Part shown: positions 34,750 through 45,504 of the stretch, piece by piece
How positions within the stretch are numbered: the stretch's first letter is position 1
How the letters are laid out: the number at the start of each line of letters is the position of its first letter
NCBI GenBank assembly: GCA_001321855.1
Contig: JPUP01000096.1
Location: forward strand, 10,989 to 74,988
Direction of reading: 5' to 3'
Length of the DNA stretch: 64,000 nucleotides
Source of the DNA: SAR11 cluster bacterium PRT-SC02
Lineage (GTDB): Bacteria; Pseudomonadota; Alphaproteobacteria; Pelagibacterales; Pelagibacteraceae
Program-made: the position numbers and the translations under genes
Notes under the pieces: model-generated
The model's input: only the letters and a program-made list of their open reading frames with translations
Told to the model about the DNA's origin: nothing
The model's database searches: none

Positions 34750-36080
34750 TATGCAGCTTCGTACTCGTCTTTTTTTTTATCATATTTTCCAAATAAAGTA
34801 TTAGTATTAATTTTTGAAACTTTTATATCAATTTCAAGTCCAGTCAAATCTCTTGTGCTTTCTATTATTACAGAATTAGAAAATTCGTCTTTACCGAAAT
34901 ATTTATTTTGATTTTTAAGTCTATTTTCAACAAGGACTCTAACAGTTTTACCTAATAATTCATTTTTATAATTATATTTAATTTTTTCTGATAGTTTTTG
35001 AAATTCTTGTAATCTAATTAAAGCTTGATTTTTGTCTACTGATTTAAGTTTCGATGCTGGTGTTCCTGGTCTAGGGCTAAATATAAAAGAATATGTATTA
35101 ATAAATTTTATTTTAGACATTAGACGGATTGTTTCATTAAAATCTTCTTTAGTTTCACCAGGATAACCTATTATAAAATCACTTGAGAACTTCATGCTTG
35201 GATTGGCTTTTTTTAGTTTATTGATAATGTCATAATAGTAATTTACCGTATGTTTTCTATTCATTAATTTTAATATTTTTGAAGATCCGCTTTGAACTGG
35301 TAAATGTAGAAAAGGCATTAGTTTTGATGAATATTTGAAAGCTTCAATTAAGTCATCTGTCATATCTATTGGGTGCGAAGTAGTGAATCTTATCCTTTTT
35401 AAGTTTTTAATTTCATCTAACTTGTAAATAATATCAGATAGTTTTTTTTTATTGTTTGAATAAGCATTTACATTTTGACCTAGGAGAACAATCTCCTTAG
35501 CGCCTTTTGAAACGAGGACTTCTGCCTCGTTAATGATTTCTTCAAAGCCCCTAGAGTATTCTGGCCCTCGAGTGTAAGGAACAACACAGAACTTACAAAA
35601 CTTATCACATCCTTCTTGTATTGTAAGATAACTTGAAATTTTATTACTTAATTTTTTAATTTTATTTAATGAGTCAAATTTTTGAACTACATCAAATTCT
35701 GTTGACTCAGTTCTAATATTTCTATTCTCTATATTTTTTATAATCTCATTAATATTTTGATAAGACTGAGGACCAATAACTGCATCAATATATTTTTCTT
35801 TTTGAATTAAAATATCTCCTTCAGCCTGGGCAACGCATCCTGAGATTATAAGAATAGGTTTTTTCCTATTTCTGAATTTTTTTTTTACTCTGCCAATATC
35901 GTGAAAAACTTTTTCAGTTGCTTTTTCTCTAATATGACAAGTATTAATGATATAACAATCTGCTTGATCGCTATGAAGAGTTTTTTCGTAACCGTTGATT
36001 TTTATTAAATCAATAATACGATCACTATCATATTCGTTCATCTGACAACCAAAAGTTTTTATGAAAATTTTTTTTTGCAA
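34749..36080 (-). CDS. miaB: tRNA-i6A37 methylthiotransferase
   Basis: KTFGCQMNEYDS, radical-SAM EGCDKFCKFCVVP, LLGQNVNAY; probable TTG start at 36080 just after the fur stop. Confidence 0.94.
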   Translation of the reverse strand: MQKKIFIKTFGCQMNEYDSDRIIDLIKINGYEKTLHSDQADCYIINTCHIREKATEKVFHDIGRVKKKFRNRKKPILIISGCVAQAEGDILIQKEKYIDAVIGPQSYQNINEIIKNIENRNIRTESTEFDVVQKFDSLNKIKKLSNKISSYLTIQEGCDKFCKFCVVPYTRGPEYSRGFEEIINEAEVLVSKGAKEIVLLGQNVNAYSNNKKKLSDIIYKLDEIKNLKRIRFTTSHPIDMTDDLIEAFKYSSKLMPFLHLPVQSGSSKILKLMNRKHTVNYYYDIINKLKKANPSMKFSSDFIIGYPGETKEDFNETIRLMSKIKFINTYSFIFSPRPGTPASKLKSVDKNQALIRLQEFQKLSEKIKYNYKNELLGKTVRVLVENRLKNQNKYFGKDEFSNSVIIESTRDLTGLEIDIKVSKINTNTLFGKYDKKKDEYEAA

Positions 36081-36081
36081 A

Positions 36082-36501
36082 TTATTTTTTAATTTTTGAA
36101 CCGTATAATTCAAGTTTATGATCAACTAATTTATAGCCTAGTTTTTGAGCTATTTTTTTTTGAAGACTTTCTATATCTTTATCAACAAATTCAACAATTT
36201 CTCCACTATTAATATCGATTAAGTGATTGTGATTATCGCTTATTTCATATCGAGCTTTACCTGCTTTAAAATCGTGTTTAATCAAAATACCAGCTTCTTC
36301 AAAAAGTTTCACAGTTCTATAAACAGTGGCTATACTTATTTTGTCATCGATTACTGCAACTCTTTTGTGAAGTTCATCTACGTCTGGATGATCTTTAGAC
36401 CCGTAAATTTCTTTAGACTCTGACAATACTTTAGCAATCACCTTTCTTTGGTCAGTAAGTCTGACGCCTTTTTCTTTACATTTTTCCTCAATTAAGCTCA
36501 T
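36082..36501 (-). CDS. fur: Fur/Mur-family metalloregulator
   Basis: RLTDQR, DHPDVDEL, ISIATVYRTVKLFEEAG, ARYE, HNHLID, DHKLELYG. Confidence 0.9.
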   Translation of the reverse strand: MSLIEEKCKEKGVRLTDQRKVIAKVLSESKEIYGSKDHPDVDELHKRVAVIDDKISIATVYRTVKLFEEAGILIKHDFKAGKARYEISDNHNHLIDINSGEIVEFVDKDIESLQKKIAQKLGYKLVDHKLELYGSKIKK

Positions 36502-36514
36502 TTTCTAGATTAAT

Positions 36515-36901
36515 TTAACTTAAATATATGGGTTTAATCAATTTATTTTCTAATTTTTTTTTATTTATTAATTTTTCAATATTTTCAAGGTTAAATACAG
36601 ATAATTGATTTTTTTTATACCCATAAATATTTGCTCCAATGGAGATTTTTATACCTTTGGCCACTGAAAAAGACGCTCTTATCGATGAAAAACTTCCTGG
36701 TCCCATATTTACCAATATAGCAAAATTTTTATCAACGATAATATTATTCTTTTTAAATAATTCTAATATACTAATCACTAATTTATCATTATTGTTTTGA
36801 TGTTTATTATGAAAATGTTTTTTAAAAAATTTATTCTTATATCGTAGACCTATGACATCATCATTTCCAGTAAAGTTTATAATTAAAAAATTCTTTATCA
36901 T
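36515..36901 (-). CDS. tsaB: TsaB (YeaZ)-like t6A accessory protein, N-terminal half only
   Basis: VNMGPGSFSSIR..SVAKG matches the TsaB GPGSFTGxR motif; 128 aa from ATG 36901; sits upstream of fur-miaB. Confidence 0.7.
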   Translation of the reverse strand: MIKNFLIINFTGNDDVIGLRYKNKFFKKHFHNKHQNNNDKLVISILELFKKNNIIVDKNFAILVNMGPGSFSSIRASFSVAKGIKISIGANIYGYKKNQLSVFNLENIEKLINKKKLENKLIKPIYLS

Positions 36902-37919
36902 ATTGGTATTTATAGTTCTTTTATTGCCAACTAACAATTTAAATTCTAGTGAAGCATCGATAGATGACTTTGGTATAATTTCAATTATGTATCATAGATT
37001 TGAAGAAAATAAATATCCATCAACTAATATTAAAATGAACGATTTTTTAAAACATTTAGAGATGATACAAGAAGAAAAGATAGAATTTGTAAATCCTAAG
37101 AGTTTCTTAATGGATCTGAGAAACAAAAAGAAAGCAAGAAAATTACTCCTCACCATAGATGATGGATACTCATCTTTTTACAAAAATGCATGGCCTATAC
37201 TAAAGCAAAAAAAAATACCTTTTATACTTTTTGTAAGCACTAGAGAGGTTGGCAAATTTGGATACATGTCCTGGGAACAAATTAGAGAGGTCTCAGATTA
37301 TGATTTTGTAGAAATTGGAAATCATAGTCACTCTCATGAATATTTAATAGATGAAAATATTAAAGATATTAAAAATGATATTGAACTTTCAATGGATATT
37401 TTCAAAAATAATTTAAATAAAAAATCAATTTTTTTTTCTTATCCTTTCGGGGAATACAGCCTTGAATTTAAAAATTTGATTAAGGAATTAAACTTTAAAA
37501 TTGCTTTTGGGCAACACTCTGGAGTTATAGGAAATTCAGATGATCTCTACGAGCTTCCAAGATTTCCGATAAATGAAAAATACGGTAATCTTGATCGATT
37601 CTCTACTTTATTAAAAACAATTCCTTTTTCTTATGAGACTATTACACCCTCTGAAAAATATATAAATAAAAACACTAATCCACCTAATGTAACAGTAAAA
37701 TTCTCAAGTAATAATAAAAATTTGAAATCAATTACTTGTTTTTCAAACGAGGAGGATAAGTGGCGAAAATCAAAAATAAATTTTATTAATGAAAACGAAA
37801 TTAAAATTATTTTAGATGGAAAGTTCACAACAGAAAGAGGGAGAATTAATTGTTCCTTAAGAGAGAAAGGTGGTTTCTTTAGATGGCTGGGAATGCAATT
37901 TGTTATTGCGGAAAAATAA
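36852..37919 (+). CDS. Exported polysaccharide deacetylase (CE4/NodB)
   Basis: Signal peptide, MYHRF, LTIDDGY, GNHSHSH, FSYPFGE, LPRFP. Confidence 0.88.
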   Translation: MTSSFPVKFIIKKFFIILVFIVLLLPTNNLNSSEASIDDFGIISIMYHRFEENKYPSTNIKMNDFLKHLEMIQEEKIEFVNPKSFLMDLRNKKKARKLLLTIDDGYSSFYKNAWPILKQKKIPFILFVSTREVGKFGYMSWEQIREVSDYDFVEIGNHSHSHEYLIDENIKDIKNDIELSMDIFKNNLNKKSIFFSYPFGEYSLEFKNLIKELNFKIAFGQHSGVIGNSDDLYELPRFPINEKYGNLDRFSTLLKTIPFSYETITPSEKYINKNTNPPNVTVKFSSNNKNLKSITCFSNEEDKWRKSKINFINENEIKIILDGKFTTERGRINCSLREKGGFFRWLGMQFVIAEK

Positions 37920-37920
37920 A

Positions 37921-39468
37921 TTACAAATTAAGCTCTTGTTTAACAATTGAATTAGTTAATTGAACTGTTTCAAAATCGTTTAATCTATTTTGTTTTATAA
38001 TTTGTTCCAATATTTCAGTGTATTCTTTTCCTGTCTGGGCGTATTTATTTAGTGTTTTGGTAAGTGCCAAACCTTTAATATTTTTATTTCTCTTTCTTAA
38101 TGAAGATCTCTTTTCCCTAAAATCAGAGTATCCATTATGAGTATTTAAATTATTTTTGTAAGCCTTTACTGAGGCTCGTAAAATCGGAAATCTTAAAATC
38201 TTGTGGTCTTGGTTTTTACTTTTAAGCAAAGGTTCGATGCCTTTTCCAGTCCATGTCCATTGCCCAAATATTGCATTTCCTTCAAGCGCAAATCTAGAAG
38301 TTCCCCAACCACTTTCTTTAGCTGCCTGAGCGAGTGCAATGGAAACTGGAATTATGTCCATTCTTTTCAATAATTCTTTAAAATCTGATTTTTTAACCTT
38401 ATATTCTCTAAGTTTTAATCTTAACCAAGACTTTTCTTTGTCAGTAGTCATTTTTTTTGCCAAGATCTTTTTTAATTTAAATCTATCATCCAGTATTTTT
38501 TCATTTTCCGCTACTACTAATGGTAGAACAATCTTTATAAATGTCTCTTTTTTCAACTGAACATTCTTAATTTCATCTAAATCTTTTGGGAACTGAGTAA
38601 AGTAAATTGGCTTAACTTTTTTTTGATATCTCACAGTTTTAAGATCATAATCAACGTCTTCGAATAAGCTCAAAACTGTCTCGGTTTTTAAATTAAGATT
38701 AGGTAATACAAGCTCTGTAACCGTACTTGGTTCCTTTTGTTCAGGCTTTTTCGGACTGATTGCTTTTTTTGCTTGGTCAGTTTTTTTCTTTTCAATTAGG
38801 TTTTTTTTGGATTTAGTTAGATCTTTAGGTTTTTCTTTTTTAATAACTTTCTCACTTTTCGTGTCTAATTTGGTTTTCAGGTTCTGAACGTCATCAGATG
38901 AATTATTAATAGTATCAAAAATGGTATAACCCATAATACTTACTCCTGAAATTACTATTAGAATTCCAATTATACTAACTAATTTATTTGCGCTTTTTTC
39001 TTTAATATTTGGATTGTGGAAAATACTAAATGATTCATAAAATATTTTACCTATCAAACCAGTAAAAGTAGATAATAGTTTTGGAAAAGTATTTAAAATA
39101 CCAAAACTTAAATCACAAGTAGCTCTCCATAGACTTATAAAAAATCTTTTAATCCCTCCGATTATGTCATCGTAAATTCCTGTTACACCTCGTGATGTTT
39201 TTTTGGTAAATTTAGAGATACCTCCCGTAGTATCATCATAAAAACCTGTTAATCCTTTTCCAGCTTTGTTTATTGGCTTTGATATATTTTTCTCAAAGAA
39301 ACCTACATTAAAATCTTTAGGTATAGGAACATTATTTTTTTTTAAAATATGTTCCAATTGAGATGTGGTTAAAGTTTTTTTTCTCTTGATATAGTTCTGT
39401 ACCTCAGCAATTTTATAGATTTGAGCTAGCTCAATTAATTTTTCTCTATAACTTAAAATCTTTTTCAT
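37921..39468 (-). CDS. Membrane-anchored glucosaminidase-domain (Bax/GH73-like) protein
   Basis: C-terminal IIPVSIALAQAAKESGWGTSRFALEGNAIFGQW and NLNTH..Y; one TM helix; long N-terminal extension. Confidence 0.85.
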   Translation of the reverse strand: MKKILSYREKLIELAQIYKIAEVQNYIKRKKTLTTSQLEHILKKNNVPIPKDFNVGFFEKNISKPINKAGKGLTGFYDDTTGGISKFTKKTSRGVTGIYDDIIGGIKRFFISLWRATCDLSFGILNTFPKLLSTFTGLIGKIFYESFSIFHNPNIKEKSANKLVSIIGILIVISGVSIMGYTIFDTINNSSDDVQNLKTKLDTKSEKVIKKEKPKDLTKSKKNLIEKKKTDQAKKAISPKKPEQKEPSTVTELVLPNLNLKTETVLSLFEDVDYDLKTVRYQKKVKPIYFTQFPKDLDEIKNVQLKKETFIKIVLPLVVAENEKILDDRFKLKKILAKKMTTDKEKSWLRLKLREYKVKKSDFKELLKRMDIIPVSIALAQAAKESGWGTSRFALEGNAIFGQWTWTGKGIEPLLKSKNQDHKILRFPILRASVKAYKNNLNTHNGYSDFREKRSSLRKRNKNIKGLALTKTLNKYAQTGKEYTEILEQIIKQNRLNDFETVQLTNSIVKQELNL

Positions 39469-39469
39469 T

Positions 39470-40027
39470 TTATTCCGCTTCTACAGTATTGACCTCTTTT
39501 ACGTAATGCTTTAGTAAATTTTGAACACCTTGTTTTAATGTCATAAGTGAGCTTGGGCACCCAGAACAACTTCCTTGGAGTTCAACTGTTACCCGTCCAT
39601 TATTAAATGATTTAAATTTTATATCACCCCCATCCCTTGCGACTGCTGGCCTTATTTTTGTATTCAATACCTCTTTTATTTTTGATACTACCTCATCCTC
39701 ATCATCATTACTTTTTTCATCTTTTACTAAATCATCCTTAATAGAAAGAACTGGTAATTTATTTTTAGATCTAAAATCATTCAGAAACGATATAATTGTG
39801 GGTTTAAGAGAACTCCACGGAATATTTTCCTCTTTTTTGACGGTTAAAAAATTTTCAGACAACAGAATTAACTCTACACCTTCAATATTTAGTAAATCAA
39901 TTACAAAAGGATTTTTTAAATTTTTAATTTCCTTTTTTTGGAATTCCTTATTTCCTACCTCAGAAATTGTGAAATCTGATAAGAACTTTAAAGAATTTGG
40001 GTTTGGAGTAGGTTCAGTCTGTATCAT
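39470..40027 (-). CDS. nfuA: NifU/Nfu-type Fe-S cluster carrier
   Basis: IQTEPTPNPNSLKF, IRPAVARDGGDI, GSCSGCPSS. Confidence 0.92.
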   Translation of the reverse strand: MIQTEPTPNPNSLKFLSDFTISEVGNKEFQKKEIKNLKNPFVIDLLNIEGVELILLSENFLTVKKEENIPWSSLKPTIISFLNDFRSKNKLPVLSIKDDLVKDEKSNDDEDEVVSKIKEVLNTKIRPAVARDGGDIKFKSFNNGRVTVELQGSCSGCPSSLMTLKQGVQNLLKHYVKEVNTVEAE

Positions 40028-40041
40028 AATTATAGTTTATA

Positions 40042-41040
40042 TTATACAAAACCAATTATTTCACGAACTTTTTTTAAGTTTTCCTCAGCTATAATATTAG
40101 CTTTTTCTTTACCTTTTTTTAAAATACTTTCTAAATATGTTTTATCTCCCATAAGATCTTTAACTTTTTTACCAATAGGACAAATTTTATCAATTATCAC
40201 CTCGGATAATTCTTTTTTAAAAAAAGAAAATTCTTTTCCACTCATTTCATCTAAAACATTTTCAAATTTTTTGTCTGTCATCTCAGCATATATGTTTATC
40301 AAATTATTTGCCTCTGGCCTGTTGATTAACTCTTTTTTTGAAGCAGGTATGGGTTTTGTATCGGTTTTTGCTTTTTTTATTTTTTTAAATATTTCATCTT
40401 TGCTATCCTTTAAATTTATTCTAGAATAGTCAGATTCATCAGACTTACTCATTTTTTTATTTCCATCTCTTAAACTCATGACTCGAGAAATGTTTTTCAG
40501 TATTAAAGGTTCTGGCAAAGGGAAAAAATTTTTAGAATTAAAATCTTTATTAAATTTTTGCGCTATATCTCTTGATAATTCCAAATGTTGTTTTTGATCT
40601 GACCCGACTGGAACATGGGTTGCTTTATACAATAATATATCGGCAGCCATTAAATTAGGATAAATATATAAACCCACACTTGCCTTTTCTTTGTCTTTTC
40701 CTGCTTTGTCTTTAAACTGAGTCATTCTATTTAACCAACCAATTCTCGAAACGCAGCTTAATATCCATGCTAACTCTGAGTGTCCGCTTACCGATGATTG
40801 CTTAAAAATAATGTTTTTCTCGCTATCTAGGCCTGAAGCTAAAAAACTTGCTGTAGTTTCTAAAGAATTTTTTTTTAAACTTTCTGGATCTTGGAAAATT
40901 GTTATTGCGTGCAAATCTACCACACAAAAGATACATTCCATTTGTTTTTGTAGATTTAAAAAATTATTAATCGCTCCCAGGTAATTTCCTAAATGCAAGT
41001 TCCCTGTTGGCTGCACACCTGAAAAAGCTAATTTCTTCAT
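40042..41040 (-). CDS. trpS: Tryptophanyl-tRNA synthetase
   Basis: [37 protein letters not shown]. Confidence 0.97.
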   Translation of the reverse strand: MKKLAFSGVQPTGNLHLGNYLGAINNFLNLQKQMECIFCVVDLHAITIFQDPESLKKNSLETTASFLASGLDSEKNIIFKQSSVSGHSELAWILSCVSRIGWLNRMTQFKDKAGKDKEKASVGLYIYPNLMAADILLYKATHVPVGSDQKQHLELSRDIAQKFNKDFNSKNFFPLPEPLILKNISRVMSLRDGNKKMSKSDESDYSRINLKDSKDEIFKKIKKAKTDTKPIPASKKELINRPEANNLINIYAEMTDKKFENVLDEMSGKEFSFFKKELSEVIIDKICPIGKKVKDLMGDKTYLESILKKGKEKANIIAEENLKKVREIIGFV

Positions 41041-41044
41041 AATT

Positions 41045-42574
41045 TTAGTTTATAATCCTGAAATTTTTAATTTTTAACAAACCTTGAAGTCTACATAATA
41101 TTAAATAAATCATTGCAGATAATATTACTATAAATATTAAATAAACAAACTTAAAACTGTTTGAATATTCTAAATAATTTCTAAAATAATTTAAACCATA
41201 GATTAAAAAAATTGACATAATTGCAGTAGATAAAGCTATTTTAAATATATTAATAAAATTATTAATTCTTATTATTAACCATTCCCTTTTAGCAATTATA
41301 GTAAAAAAAATTACAACTCCGATCCAAGTTGATATTGATGTTGCTAAGGGAATTATAATAAAACCAACTTTGCTAAAAAAAGCTATACTAATAATTACAT
41401 TTAAAAAAACTGTTATTGAAGAGATATAAAATGGAACTTTAGTATTATCTCTTGCAAAAAATAAATTTGATAAAATTTTTATTAGAGCAAAGGCGGGAAC
41501 ACCGTAGCCAAAAAACTTAAGGGCATTAGCGGTTAAAACTACATCTTGTTTTGAAAAAGAACCGTAACCAAATAATGAATTAATTATTTCCTCTGAAGCA
41601 ATTATTAAACCAAATCCTGCAGGAAGAGACAGAAGCAAGGATAGCTCAAGAGATTTATTTTGTATTTTTTTAATAAGGTCTAAATTTTTTTTTTTGATAG
41701 CTTTAGATAATGCTGGAAGGGATACCGTACTCACTGCTATTCCAGCAATTGCTAAATTAATTTGGTAAACTCTGTCTGCATAATACAAATAAGAAACTGC
41801 TCCAGACTGAAAAGACGCTATTATGGTACCAACTAAAATATTTATTTGAGTAATACCTGAAGAGAAAATACTAGGTAAAAGTTTTGTAAAAAATTTCTTA
41901 ATTTTAGAATTGACTTTTTCTCTTATCTTAAAAGATGGTTTATAAAATTTTAAGGTAATGAAAAATATAAATATTAATTGGAAAAATCCTGCTAAGCTTA
42001 CACCGTAGGATAAATTTAAAGCATAATCAGAGTTAGTGAAATAAGAGTAAATTAATACAGAAATAAGTATTAAATTCAGAATGATTGGGGCTGCTGCTGC
42101 AGCAGCAAATTTATTATTAGAATTTAATATTCCTGAAAAAAAAGAAGCTAGTGTCACAAATAATAAAAATGGGAAAGTAATCCTTGTAAATTCAATTGCT
42201 AAATTAAATTTTTCGAAATTGTTTTTAAATCCCGGTGCAATTAAATTAACTAAAAATGGCATAAATATTTCTGCTAACAAAACTAAAATAAACAAAAATA
42301 TAAACATTAGGCATAAAACTTCGTCGGCAAAACTCTTTGCTGAAGTTTTACTTTTTAATTTTTCTTCTTGATAAGATGGAATAAATGCAGCATTGAATGT
42401 TCCCTCAGCAAATAATCTTCTAAATGTATTTGGAAGACGAAATGCCACAAAAAATGCATCAGCATATATAGAAGTTCCAATAAAAAAAGCTATCAATATA
42501 TCTCTTAAATATCCGAGAATTCTGCTAATAAGAGTAAAAAAACTAAATACAGATGTAGATGCTAATAAATTCAT
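41045..42574 (-). CDS. murJ: Lipid II flippase MurJ
   Basis: [36 protein letters not shown]; many TM helices. Confidence 0.95.
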   Translation of the reverse strand: MNLLASTSVFSFFTLISRILGYLRDILIAFFIGTSIYADAFFVAFRLPNTFRRLFAEGTFNAAFIPSYQEEKLKSKTSAKSFADEVLCLMFIFLFILVLLAEIFMPFLVNLIAPGFKNNFEKFNLAIEFTRITFPFLLFVTLASFFSGILNSNNKFAAAAAAPIILNLILISVLIYSYFTNSDYALNLSYGVSLAGFFQLIFIFFITLKFYKPSFKIREKVNSKIKKFFTKLLPSIFSSGITQINILVGTIIASFQSGAVSYLYYADRVYQINLAIAGIAVSTVSLPALSKAIKKKNLDLIKKIQNKSLELSLLLSLPAGFGLIIASEEIINSLFGYGSFSKQDVVLTANALKFFGYGVPAFALIKILSNLFFARDNTKVPFYISSITVFLNVIISIAFFSKVGFIIIPLATSISTWIGVVIFFTIIAKREWLIIRINNFINIFKIALSTAIMSIFLIYGLNYFRNYLEYSNSFKFVYLIFIVILSAMIYLILCRLQGLLKIKNFRIIN

Positions 42575-42631
42575 AATTAAGACAAAATTTTTAGTGAATA
42601 ATTCTCATATTTATTACATACTTAATTTTTA

Positions 42632-44917
42632 ATGACAAAAAAATCAAAAATTGATCACTATTCAGATAAAGAGGCACTTGACTTCCATATAGACGGTAAG
42701 TCTGGCAAAATTGAGGTTAACTCGTCTAAACCATTAACAACAAAACGTGATCTTTCTCTTGCTTATTCGCCAGGCGTGGCTGCACCAGTAAAGGAAATTT
42801 CTAAAAATCCGGGCAAAGTATATGATTATACTTCAAAAGGAAACTTAGTAGCTGTTATAAGTAACGGATCTGCAATTTTAGGACTTGGTAATTTAGGAGC
42901 CTTAGCATCAAAGCCTGTCATGGAAGGTAAGGCAGTTTTATTTAAAAGATTTGCTGATATCGACTCTATTGACATTGAGATAGACAGCTCAGATCCTGAA
43001 GAAATTGTTAATACTATAAAAAATATTTCTGGAACTTTTGGAGGGATAAATCTTGAGGATATTGCCGCCCCAAATTGTTTTATAATTGAACAAAAATTAA
43101 AAAAATCTTTGGACATACCTGTTTTTCATGATGATCAGCATGGAACTGCCATAATTACAACCGCCGCTTTGATAAATGCTTTAGACATTTCTAAAAGAAA
43201 GATTGAAGATGTAAAAATTGTAGTTAATGGTGCTGGTGCCTCTGCAATAGCTTGTGTCAATTTATTTAAATTATTAGGGGTAAAACCGGACAACATAATT
43301 ATGTGTGATAGAAAAGGAGTTATCTATAAAGGAAGAGATAATCTTGATCAATTTAAATCTAAGCACGCAATAGAAACTAAAATTAGAACTTTAAAAGAAG
43401 CATTTAAAAACGCTGATGTTTTTTTGGGTCTATCCGCTAAGGATGTTGTAAGCGAGGAAATGATCAAATCAATGTCAAAAAATCCAATAGTTTTTGCATG
43501 TGCAAACCCGGATCCGGAGATAAAACCGGAACTTATTTATAAAGCAAGACCTGATGCAATAATAGCAACTGGAAGATCTGATTATCCTAATCAGGTCAAT
43601 AATCTTATAGGATTTCCTTATATTTTTAGAGGCGCATTAGATGTTAGATCAAAAGAGATAAATGAGGAAATGAAAATGTCAGCAGCAAAAGCTATCGCAT
43701 TATTAGCGAGAGAAGATGTCCCAGATGAAGTAGTTTCAGCTTACGGAGGTGATAGACCGAGATATGGAAAAAACTACATAATTCCCTCAACTTTTGATCC
43801 GAGATTAATAAAAGTAATACCTGCAGCTGTAGCACAGGCTGCAATACAAACAGGTGTAGCTAGAAAAAAAATTGATATTGAAAATTATAAAGACGAACTT
43901 TCAAATCGATTAGACCCATCGATGTCTATTATGCAAGGTATAAACGCTAAAATAAAGAAAAGTTTAAAACGAGTTGTATTCGCTGAGGGTGAAGATGTTA
44001 ATATGTTAAAAGCTGCAGTAGAATTTGGTAAAAATAAGTTAGGTATACCAATTGTTATAGGATCAGAAAAAAGAGTTAAAGATCAACTTAAAGAAATTGG
44101 CTTAGATGAAAACTTTAAAATACAAATAACGAATTCTACTGATAAAATCAAAAGAGAAAAATATACAAAGTACTTGTACAAAAGACTTCAACGTGAGGGG
44201 CAACTAGAAAGAGATGTGGATAGGCTTATTAGAAATGAGCGTATAGCTTTTGGTTCATCAATGATAGCTTGTGGCGATGCAGATGCAATGGTAACTGGAA
44301 ATATTAGACATTATGCTGCTTCAGTTGAAAAACTCAAGAAAGTGTGTGATTCAAGAAAAGGAGAGCCTATATTTGGAATGACCATGATAGTTTTTAAAGG
44401 AAGAACTGTTTTGGTTGCAGACACCAATGTCCAAGATTTTCCAACAGCTGATAGATTAGTAGCCATATCAAAATCTTGTGTAAGGGTAGCCAGACTTTTT
44501 GGTTTTGATCCTAAAGTAGCTTTTTTATCTCATTCTACCTTTGGGAAACCTATTTCAAGAAATACTGAACATGTAAGAAAAGCAATAGAAACTTTAAAAA
44601 AGGATAAGAATATTGATTTTGATTTTGATGGCGAAATGCAGCCAGACGTTGCCTTAAACCCAATTTATAAAGAAGTTTATCCTTTCTCTAAAATCGTTGG
44701 AAATGCAAATATTTTAATCATGCCAGCTCTTCATAGTGCAGCAATTTCAACAAAGCTTATGAAATCATTTGGTGGAGCAAAATTAATTGGACCATTATTG
44801 GTTGGATTAAATTTACCTATTGAAGTTGCTCCTTTAAGATCTACTACTTCAGATATAATAAACCTTGCGTCAGTAGCAGCGTATTCAGCAGATGTAATTG
44901 ATTATAAAAATGATTAA
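42632..44917 (+). CDS. maeB: NADP-dependent malic enzyme with PTA-like domain
   Basis: LSLAYSPGVA, SKPVMEGK, FHDDQHGT, ANPDPEI, TGRSDYPNQVNN, VVFAEGE, DGEMQPD. Confidence 0.95.
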   Translation: MTKKSKIDHYSDKEALDFHIDGKSGKIEVNSSKPLTTKRDLSLAYSPGVAAPVKEISKNPGKVYDYTSKGNLVAVISNGSAILGLGNLGALASKPVMEGKAVLFKRFADIDSIDIEIDSSDPEEIVNTIKNISGTFGGINLEDIAAPNCFIIEQKLKKSLDIPVFHDDQHGTAIITTAALINALDISKRKIEDVKIVVNGAGASAIACVNLFKLLGVKPDNIIMCDRKGVIYKGRDNLDQFKSKHAIETKIRTLKEAFKNADVFLGLSAKDVVSEEMIKSMSKNPIVFACANPDPEIKPELIYKARPDAIIATGRSDYPNQVNNLIGFPYIFRGALDVRSKEINEEMKMSAAKAIALLAREDVPDEVVSAYGGDRPRYGKNYIIPSTFDPRLIKVIPAAVAQAAIQTGVARKKIDIENYKDELSNRLDPSMSIMQGINAKIKKSLKRVVFAEGEDVNMLKAAVEFGKNKLGIPIVIGSEKRVKDQLKEIGLDENFKIQITNSTDKIKREKYTKYLYKRLQREGQLERDVDRLIRNERIAFGSSMIACGDADAMVTGNIRHYAASVEKLKKVCDSRKGEPIFGMTMIVFKGRTVLVADTNVQDFPTADRLVAISKSCVRVARLFGFDPKVAFLSHSTFGKPISRNTEHVRKAIETLKKDKNIDFDFDGEMQPDVALNPIYKEVYPFSKIVGNANILIMPALHSAAISTKLMKSFGGAKLIGPLLVGLNLPIEVAPLRSTTSDIINLASVAAYSADVIDYKND

Positions 44918-45504
44918 TTTTTATTTCTACTCAAGTCTGATACTAGATAAATAGAAGGAAATATCTCTTTAACATCGTAAATGTTATTTGCTTCGTCAAT
45001 AACTGCTTTTTTTTCCTCTTTATCTAATGCTATTCCAAAAATATAAATTTTTTGATTGATAGTTTCTAACGTATAATTTCCTGATTTAATCTTTTTATTA
45101 AAGATAAATGCAGTTCGTAATTGGCTAGTTATTAAAACGTCTTTTGCTGTACTTCTGAAACTTGATAAACCCTTGATAGCTATTGCGTTTTTTACGGATC
45201 TTACACCCTTTGTTTCCCAGGCCATTTTGGTAATTTTAATTTTTTCTTCAGGCTCATTTACTTTTCCAGCAAGAAATATTCTGCCATCCAATACTTCCAC
45301 TTGTATTGAAACTAAATATTTTTTTTCAGTCAGTGCCAATCTTGCAACTAGATTTTTTTGCATAATCGTATCATCAATTTGCATTCCAATAGTGCGTGGG
45401 TCAAAAGAAATATTTACACCGGTACCAAATCTACCAGCAGGTGTGCAAGATTCGAAAAACAGAAAAATTAAGGATAAAAAAATTATTTTTTTTGTTCTAA
45501 ACAT
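44914..45504 (-). CDS. Dual-BON-domain lipoprotein (DolP/YraP-like)
   Basis: Lipobox-like FFESC, DPRTIGMQIDD, two BON repeats; next to rsmI. Confidence 0.85.
   Translation of the reverse strand: MFRTKKIIFLSLIFLFFESCTPAGRFGTGVNISFDPRTIGMQIDDTIMQKNLVARLALTEKKYLVSIQVEVLDGRIFLAGKVNEPEEKIKITKMAWETKGVRSVKNAIAIKGLSSFRSTAKDVLITSQLRTAFIFNKKIKSGNYTLETINQKIYIFGIALDKEEKKAVIDEANNIYDVKEIFPSIYLVSDLSRNKN

Noticed and set aside
36080-36125. Long N-terminal extensions in the ORF track (miaB 36125, aguB 4000, tsaB 36937, thiE-like 56184, fabI 23260, porin 57920)
   Set aside because: They overlap neighbouring genes or the SD; downstream starts fit family N-termini better
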